Source: Azolla caroliniana
Taxonomy: Eukaryota > Plantae > Polypodiophyta
NCBI GenBank assembly: GCA_043228905.1
Contig: JBHGNT010000270.1
Coordinates: 1 to 42,155 of the forward strand
Direction of reading: 5' to 3'
Length of the DNA: 42,155 nt
Under the pieces are notes generated by a model. It searched no databases. It was given only the letters and a program-made list of their open reading frames with translations, and was not told where the DNA came from. This document shows positions 34,076 to 42,155 of this stretch, piece after piece (position 1 is the first letter of the stretch; the number at the start of each line of letters is the position of its first letter). The translations under genes and the position numbers were made by a program.

Positions 34076-37000
34076 ATGAATACTCAAATGGGGAGCGCTC
34101 TCCCTAGCGAGAAGTTGGACCGGAGCAACTTTGCATCTTGGGAGTACAAGATGCACCAATACCTTGTCAGCCAAGGCTATTGGGGCTACATCAAAGGAGC
34201 ACAAGAAATTCGACCCGACCCGAAAGAAGCCGATTACGCATCATGGGAGCAAGCGGCAAGTCGAGTAATGTATTGCTTGGAGACATGTGTACACGACCAC
34301 ATGCTCGGCTAAATTCGAGAAGCCGAGACGCCAAAGGAAGTGTGGGAGAATCTACGAAAGCTTTCCGCCGCCAACACGACCGCGAGGAAGCTTCAACTCT
34401 ACCAAGCATTGAATAATATCCAACAAAGGGATATTATCCGTCACGAGCTACACCTTGAAGATCAAGGAGCTTTGTGACTCGCTCGGCTCGATAAGCGTAA
34501 ACGTGGAGGCTGACGAGATGGTGCAAATATGCCTCGGTGGCCTTGCACCACGATTTAGCGCGATGCGGACTGTCGTACTAGCATGGGAGAATTCGCCCTC
34601 CTTCTTTGATCTTCAATCCATGTTGTTGGTCGAAGAAAACCATGTTCGAACAAGGAGTAGCGCCTCGGATGGTCAAATTCTCTACACCCATTCGGACGGA
34701 GGAAGAGGACGCGACCGTGCTAGAAGAGGCCGATTCGACCAAGGACGAGGCGGACAAGGCCTGATTTACGAAAACAACTTTGAATTACGACAACAAGATG
34801 GAGCCCATCGAGGAACCTTCGGAAGAAGGGGGAGCCACCATTCCGATTCGAGCTGACAAAACTCCATCGAATGCAGATATTGCGGCAAAGTCGGCCACTG
34901 CGAAGAAGAGTGCCGAAAGAAGATGCACGAGTCGGCGTCCACAAGTCGACAACTCACGAATTACGCCACCAACTCCGAATACGATGACTACGACGGACTA
35001 TTCATAATGAGACATAGAGCAAACTCTATGTCGGCCTATACATCAACTAGTGCCTCCGGTCCGGAAGACGTATGGTTCGTCGATTCCGGTGCCTCGAACC
35101 ATATGACATCACATCAAGAATGGTTTTGAGAACTTCGAGAGCCGGACCAACCTGGCTATGTCGAAACCGGAGACAATACTACGCACCCGATTCGGCACAT
35201 CGGCAATGTTCCGTTCGGAAAAGAAGGCAATCAAACTTACATTAAAAATGTCTTGCATGTTCCAACCATTACAAAGAATTTGGTCTCCATAGGCCAAATT
35301 GTTGAGCAAGGGATGCAAGTACGATTCAACACGGGCGGTTGCTTCATCGAGAAAGAGGGTCAACTCATCGCGCGCGGACGAAGAGAGGGCCGAATGTTCA
35401 TTCTCGACTCACACGAGATGAAATCGGCCATGTTCGCAAAAGGCACAAAAGCCGATTCCGACATAGAGTTATGGCACAACCAGATTGGCCATATCAACCT
35501 TCAAAAGCTTAAGGTGATGCAATCAAAAGGAGTCGTCATCGAACTTCCGACCTTCAAAGAGCGAGAGATTGAAGGCGTATGTGCGGCTTGCCAATTCGGT
35601 AAGCAACATCGACACCCATTTCCAAAGGAGAGGAATGTGAGCAAAGGCTTACTCAACGTAATTCATTTTGATGTATGGGGACCGGCTCAAACGGCGACAT
35701 TCGGCAGATGCCGATATTACATTACCTTCATCGACGACTTCTCAAGGCACACTTGGATCTACCCGATGCGGCAAAAGAGCGAAGTGTTCGAACACTTCCA
35801 AAAATTCAAGAGTGGAGTTGAAAAAACCACGGGTCGACACATACGGTGCCTTCGATCAGATGGAGGCAAGGAATACTTCTCGGATGAATTTACGGCGTAT
35901 CTTCGAAAAGAAGGGATTCGACGAGAAGTTTCGTGTCGACATACACCACAACAAAACGGAGTAGCCGAACGCAAGAATCGGCACATCCTCGAAGTTGCAT
36001 GGGCAATGCTTAATGAGAAGCACATGCCGAAGTCGTACTGGGCGGAAGCCGCTAGCACGACCATATATCTAATGAACCGATGTACAATATTCAGCGTTCA
36101 CGAACTTACTCCGCACGAGAAGTTTTTCGGGAAGAAGCCGGATCTATCACATGTTCGGATATTCGGCTCCATTGCGTACGTGCACATCCCCAATGAGAAG
36201 TGACAAAAGCTCGACCTGAAGTCGGAGAAATGTATCCGTATAGGATACCCATTGGAACAAAAGGGCTATAAGTATTATAACCCCTCGACTCGGAAGGTTC
36301 ATGTGAGTCGAGATGTAGTCTTCGACAAGTCCGCATCTTGGTACGCACCAGAGACAACTCCGACTCCGACTCCGACTCCGCTTGACGCGGAATACGCCAA
36401 ACAAGAGATAGAAGATGAAGAACGACTCACACACATGTTTGAAGAAAGTCCGATCATGACCCGAATGAGCGGACCACAAGAGCCTTCGAGCGATCAAAGC
36501 AAATCTCGACCAAGTTCAAAGCTGGACAAAGGGAAGGCCAAGATGCCGGAGTATGAAGACGTTCATTTCGATAGCAATGAATCGACTCACTCCCTTGATA
36601 GTGAGTTCGAAGGCCTTGACATCCAAACAAATGGAGTGAAGAAAGCCTTAGAATCCGCAAACGAGAAGCTCCGCCGATCCACTCGTGAAAAGAACCTCGT
36701 CAGCCAATTCGGCTACGATGAGTACATGGCATGGCGTATCATTACGCCTTTATGATGAAGGTCGCAGCAGTACGGGAGCTGGAAACCTTTTCCAAAGCCG
36801 TGAAGAACGCGATGGATCGAAGCAATGAACGAGGAGATGCGTGCACTACGCAAGAACGAGACATGGGATCTCGTTCCCCACTCACCGCACAAGAAGGAAA
36901 TCGGTTGCAGATGGATTTATAGAGTGGAGTATAATGCTGATGGCTTCGTCAACTGCTACAAAGCTCGACTCGTAGCAAAAGGATATGCACAGACGCATGG

Positions 37001-38310
37001 AGTTGACTACAAAGAGACATTTGCCCCGGTGGCAAAGATGACGATTGTGTGGACCATGATCGCACTCGCAACGGTGAAAGGGTGGCACCTCCATCAAATG
37101 GACGTAAAGAATGCCTTTCTTCAAGGCGAATTAGAAGAGGAGGTGTACATGGTACAACCACCCGACTTCGAATCGAGCATCCATCCGAAAGCCGTATGTC
37201 GACTCAAGAAGCCTCTCTACGGCCTCAAGCAAACACCATGTGCTTTGCATTCGAAGATTACGCAATATCTTCATCAAATTGGCTTTTGAATGTCAAATTT
37301 GACAACTCCCTCTACGTACGAAACAAGTCTAAAAGCCCGATTATAATCATCCTATACGTGGATGATCTCGTTATTGGAGGTGAGCATTTAGTCGACATCA
37401 ACAAGGTGAATTCCCTCCTCTCCAACAAATTCGAGATGACGGACATGAAGAAGCTACACTACTTCCTTGGCATTGAGGTGATTCGGAATCTGGCCAACAT
37501 TATGATCTCTCAACGGCACTACATTCTCAACTTGTTATACAAGTTCGGGATGACGGAGTGCAAATCGATCGCTACGCCTCTCGATAGAAACCTCACACTA
37601 GATGTTGACTCCGGCACGAATGGGTGTGAGCTGACTCAATATTGACAACTAATCGGGAGCCTCATCCATCTCACGATCACACGACCCGACCTCAGTTATC
37701 TAGTCGAACTCCTTAGTCAATTCATGCAGACTCAGCGAGATATCCATTCGATTGCGTTAAGCGAGTATTACGAAATGTGAGTAGAACTATGGATTACGAC
37801 ATTCTCTACAAATCAACCACACCAATACGGCTCGAAGGCTACACGGATGCGGATTGGGCTAGCTACAAAGCCGATCGACGATCGACCTTCGGATTTGTCT
37901 TCTCCCTCGGCAGCGGAGCGATTTCACAAAGTAGCAAGAAGCAACCTACCATCGCTCTTTCGACTACGAAGGCGGAATACAAAGGTGCAACCGTAGCTAC
38001 ATGTGAAGCCGTATGGCTCAAGAGGATTTTGAAGGATCTGGGTGTTCCCATCAAGGATCTGACTCCCCTCTACTGCGACAATATGAGCAGTATTTATTTG
38101 GCTTGGAACCCGGTGTTCCACGCACACACAAAGCACTATCACTTCATTCGAGAGCATGTTTAGGCCGGAGATGTCGACCTTCTACACATCAACATGAATC
38201 TTCAAACCGCCGACATCTTCACGAAAGCCCTAGGAGCCGACAAGCTTCGGCAATTCATGTCAGATATTGGATTGACGATCCCTGACTTGCCAAGCTCGAG
38301 GGGGAGTACA
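34076..38310 (+). pseudogene. Copia-3 gag-pol (disrupted)
   Basis: MNTQMGSALPSEKLDRSNFASWEYKMHQYL, CRYCGKVGHCEEEC, WFVDSGASNHMT, RSDGGKEY, TPQQNGVAERKNRH, YKARLVAKGY, LYVDDL, YTDADWA. Confidence 0.95.
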
Positions 38311-38389
38311 TGAGATTACCGGATACCAGATACGAGCCAAAGCGAACATTAACTGAGCCGAGCCGAGCCGAGTTGAGCTTGAGGAGGTG

Positions 38390-38860
38390 TGTTGAGAATC
38401 AAGCTCAACATAATGCAACGTGTGAACACACCTTTTGAGAATCTATGATTACTCAAAGGTCAAGAGTCACACCACTACTCTCTACATATTAAACTATATG
38501 TGATAGATTCATATTCTATGACACATAACTAAATGGTTCCACATTCCCCATGACCATAAGACGTCACATTCCTCAAGACTCTAGTGAGAGAGTGAACGTT
38601 GTAGTGAGTAAATGAAGAGAGAGGTGACCTTATATAAAGCACCCTTCTCCTACTTCATACTAAGTTGGTTGTGGCTCCTTGTAATGCTACATTTTGTAAT
38701 TCTTATTTTCCTTGTGAAATATACATCTTCTTGAGTATTCATATTTTCCTTCTATCAATCTATCTTGTGTTTTCTCCTCTCCTCTCTTTCCTCTCACACA
38801 CACACACACACATAATTCACATCTCTTCCGCTTCACAAGAATCACCATCGATTCTTTACA
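38390..38860 (+). repeat. 3' LTR of Copia-3
   Basis: TGTTGAGAATCAAGCTCAAC...GATTCTTTACA, preceded by purine tract GAGGAGG and (GAGCC)3. Confidence 0.95.
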
Positions 38861-39152
38861 AAGGCTAATAGACTACCAGAGCATCGGCCATATGATTGCT
38901 CGATTGTTTTGCACGAAGTTAGATATTTGAGGTGCCTACAACCTTGTTCGAATTCTTCTTGGGGATGAATGGAAGATTGCTTTCCGCGCTCACTATGGCT
39001 ATTTCGAGTATACAATGATGTCATTTGGTCTCACGAATGCACCAACAATTTTCCAACATATGGTGAATGACATTTTTCGGGACTTCTTCGATATCTTCAT
39101 CATAGTTTACCTAGATGATATTTTGATATACTCAAAAAAACTCAAGAAGAGC
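38861..39152 (+). pseudogene. Old Gypsy pol remnant, part 3 (RT with internal deletion; chromovirus/Tcn1-like)
   Basis: KANRLPEHRPYDCSI, then after a deletion [69 protein letters not shown]. Confidence 0.9.
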
Positions 39153-40051
39153 TATCATGATATGGCAAGACTCGAACCCTTGATCTTATATTATATGGGT
39201 CGAGCTCTTGACCATTACACTATTTATTGTAATACATAAAATGTTATTTTCATTTAAGTTTTAGTATAGAAAATTAATGTATATTCCAAATTTCTCTAGA
39301 ACATTCTAGAAGCTTCAAGACTACTCCTAAGAACACTATAAAAGGAGGCACAAGACATTATTTCAACCCAAATTGGTTCAACGCCAATTTTAAGCCTCAT
39401 AGTTGTTTTGTACTTACTCTCCATACAATATATCATCTGTTATCATCATTCTCTCTCTCGCGCGCGAGTCTTACGCAGTCCTGAACTCTTAGTACTAATC
39501 CTCATAGTACTTCCTTCCTTTCTTTAGTATTAATTCCCTCTTTGTTCTAGTACTATTCCCCATCGTGTTACACCACCGCTGCCCTCGCTTGAGTTGGACG
39601 CTGGCCCGGAGTATGAAGTTGTTGCCATCCTCGACCCCAAGTTTGTTCGCAACAAACTTTATTATTTGGTCGATTGACCAAGTTATAGTCTGAGCGAACG
39701 TACTTGGGAACCCGTCGAGCATGTCGCCAATGCTCAAGATCTTCTTGCTGATTTCCATCGACAGTATCCGGACAAACCCGGTCCTCAATCAGCGTCGACT
39801 CGCAACACTCGTCGTCTTAAGGGGGAATATTGTCATGATATGGCAAGACTTGAACCCATGACCTTATGTTATATGGGTCGAGCTCTTGACCATTACACTA
39901 TCTATTATAATACGTAGGTTAAGTTTTACTATAAAAAATTAATGTGTATTCCAGATTTCTCTAAAACATTCTAGAAGCTTCAAGACTACTCCTGAGAACA
40001 CTATAAAAGGATGCACATGGCATTATTTCGAACCAAATTGGTTCAACGCCA
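39153..40051 (+). mobile_element. Internally deleted chromovirus: LTR - chromodomain - PPT - truncated LTR
   Basis: Direct repeats T(A/G)TCATGATATGGCAAGAC...TTCAACGCCA at 39153-39386 and 39831-40051. PPT AAGGGGGAA lies just before 39831, and a chromodomain lies between the repeats. Confidence 0.8.
39545..39786 (+). pseudogene. Chromodomain of a chromovirus integrase C-terminus
   Basis: STIPHRVTPPLPSLELDAGPEYEVVAILDPKFVRNKLYYLVD*PSYSLSERTWEPVEHVANAQDLLADFHRQYPDKPGP (not in the ORF track). Confidence 0.9.
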
Positions 40052-41454
40052 TATGTAGTCCAATACATGAGATAGTTTTTTATTTGTTAGTTTGCTAGCG
40101 GATGTGTATCTTGATCAAATCCTAAATCTTTGACCTTTCATAACAAATTCTAAATTTCATTAAATGAGAGAAACCAAGAGATGAGTGTAACACCTGCCGC
40201 AAGAACCTTATAACTGGCCCCAAAAGATAGACATGGGATCTCAAAAGAAAAACTCAAAAATTAGGAGTATTGGTAATGGGAAAAACAAGTCAATACATAG
40301 AAAATTGCCCTCACATATGTATGTTCCTTCCCATAACAAATCTAACAAATAGCTACTTATGGATCCCTAGAGTCAATGTGTTTCTTAAAACTCTTAAGCT
40401 ATAACATGTCAAAGGTAAGTCGTAGTGGTTAATGTTCATGCTTTGTGTTGTTGGGTCTAATAATTTGTGTTGATGATATAAATTAGTCATTGTTAAAATT
40501 GGAGACAATGCAAACTAAGGGTATTAGAGATCACTTCTGATTTATAGGTATTGTTAAGAAGGGAAGAACTTGGGCAAATAACCGAGTTCCTTTTTATTTC
40601 TCCAATTGGTCCCAATTTTTTTTTTTCTTGAAAGGTTTTCTTTAATAGCATTAAGAAATGTCTAAAGGCTAAAACTTGAAGTTATCTTCCCAAAGGCGTA
40701 CAACGTAGAATAAAAGACATTGTATGTACAACCGAAATCTCTACATACAAAACTTATAAAGGGGGCGTTGAAACTTGATGCGGTACATTGCCATGATGTG
40801 TTGATATTCAAGAAACCTATACAATTGGTCCCAAATTTTTAGAATGCATCCTTCAAAATTATGTGTTTATGAAATTGTAATCTCTTTTGGATTGAGACGG
40901 TGCAAGGTGAGAAAATTGGAGTTGGCAAAATATAGCATCGCAATATGATGAGGGTTAAAATATGAAAATTCCAAAACACCCCCTAAGTTGTTGGGTTATT
41001 GCCATACCAACTTCAATTTCACAAGTATTAGTAGAGAGTAACATCTAGTTTCCAAATATTGCCAATATACCCCTCATGGGAATAGAATGCAAGAAACCGA
41101 AACAAATTATTTTTGAAAGGAGCTAATTGAGGCAAACATACAATTACAAAAAAGACCGGAATGCCTGGAGTAGCCCCACCCTTTTCCCAACTTGTTTCAA
41201 GAACACCCCTTCGAGATCACATCATGAAATCAGAAATAAGGGAGCCAAGAGTACATCTATGACACTAATACAATGTAGCCGAGCAAAGATCAGACTGGGC
41301 AACCCAGAGTTTCTAGGGGTTTACCAAGGGGAAAAATACAAGCGGCTTCTCGATTTCCCGACATTTACAAAGAAAATGTCGGTCTGAGAATGCATCCACG
41401 GGACAATACCAAAGGATTATGAGAATATCTTATCCTTCCGCCTACCTCTTCTTT

Positions 41455-41880
41455 AAGGTTTTTAGGTATTTACAAAGAATACCCCTTTCATCATTATCAT
41501 CGTCACCTTCTTCTTCTTCTTCTTCTTCTTCTTCTTCCTTTTTCTTCCTTTTTCTTCTCGAGGATTTTGGGTATTTACAGGAATACCTCTTTCATTGTCG
41601 TCGACGTCATTATCTGAACTTCTTCTTCTTCTTCTTCTTCGTGTTTGGGTACATTTTAGATGTTTACTAAATTCCACTTTACGGTTTTGGAAAATTACAA
41701 AGAATACCCCTCTCCTCTCCTTCATCTTTATCTTCCATTTGTGGATTTTATCTATTTACCAGAATACCCATTAGGGATTTGGAGATTACAAAGAATACGC
41801 TCTTGCTCCTCTTCCTTGAGAATTTTCAGTATTTGCCCAATACCCATGAGATTTTGGAAATTACATACAATACCCCCTTT
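41455..41880. repeat. Dispersed ~25-bp motif (about 7 copies) interspersed with (CTT)n
   Basis: GATTTTGG..ATTTACAAAGAATACCC variants near 41466, 41571, 41692, 41753, 41783, 41829 and 41858; TTC microsatellites at ~41507-41540 and ~41619-41640. Confidence 0.7.
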
Positions 41881-42155
41881 TTTCATCATCATCGTTAACA
41901 ATCGGCAACGTTTTGATTCGGTTCGGTTTGAGAGGATCCAAACTTTTTTTTTTTTTTTAACTTGAACCGAACTGAACCAACGAAACCATTAAACTGAACC
42001 ATTAAAAATTTCTCAAACCTTTAAACCATTAAACTGCGCTTTCATGGTTCAATTTTGGTTTTTCAAGGTCTAATTTTTAATTTTTAAAAAATTAAAAAAT
42101 TTTATTTTTAAAAATTAAAAAATTTTAAAGATTTTCCTAAAATGTTTGCAGTACT

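Larger units (their letters stand above)
33448..38860 (+). mobile_element. Full-length degenerate Ty1/Copia (Copia-3; same internal family as Copia-1)
   Basis: LTRs 33448-33908 (starts GG, T>G) and 38390-38860. TSD AAGGC at 33443-33447 and 38861-38865. PBS TGGTATCAAAGC at 33909-33920. gag-PR-INT-RT-RH order. Confidence 0.97.

Noticed and set aside
41419-41965. Ser-, Phe- and Lys-rich small ORFs
   Set aside because: Products of (CTT)n microsatellites and repeated motifs.

Overview
Eukaryotic, plant-like heterochromatic window (probably a fern or other seed-free land plant; this is inference from the PLS-type PPR style and the TE families) with no intact host gene. It is a stack of nested, decayed transposable elements. 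Contents in order: (1) a truncated Copia gag on the minus strand (3.6-4.7 kb); (2) two related hAT-like DNA elements, one complete with 17-bp TIRs and an 8-bp TSD (5797-8516) and carrying a 3x190-bp tandem array and a duplicated right end, inserted into the 3' end of a degraded LINE; (3) a full-length degenerate Copia on the minus strand (12139-17180, TSD ATGGT); (4) a PLS-class PPR pseudogene (~18.9-20.66 kb) fused to an old Gypsy pol remnant. That remnant is split by a Tnt1/Tork-like Copia (20868-33314, TSD GAGGA) and by a third Copia (33448-38860, TSD AAGGC), and is followed by an internally deleted chromovirus (LTR-chromodomain-PPT-LTR). Nested in the integrase of the Tork-like Copia is the most unusual element, a non-chromovirus Gypsy (23363-30361). 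It has a 4-bp TSD, a tRNA-Trp primer site, a D-H-G protease motif and a gag-protease ORF joined to pol by an apparent -1 frameshift. I see no convincing evidence of a wholly new non-TE biological system; the best leads concern TE biology. Coordinates and difference counts were read by eye and may be off by a few bases.
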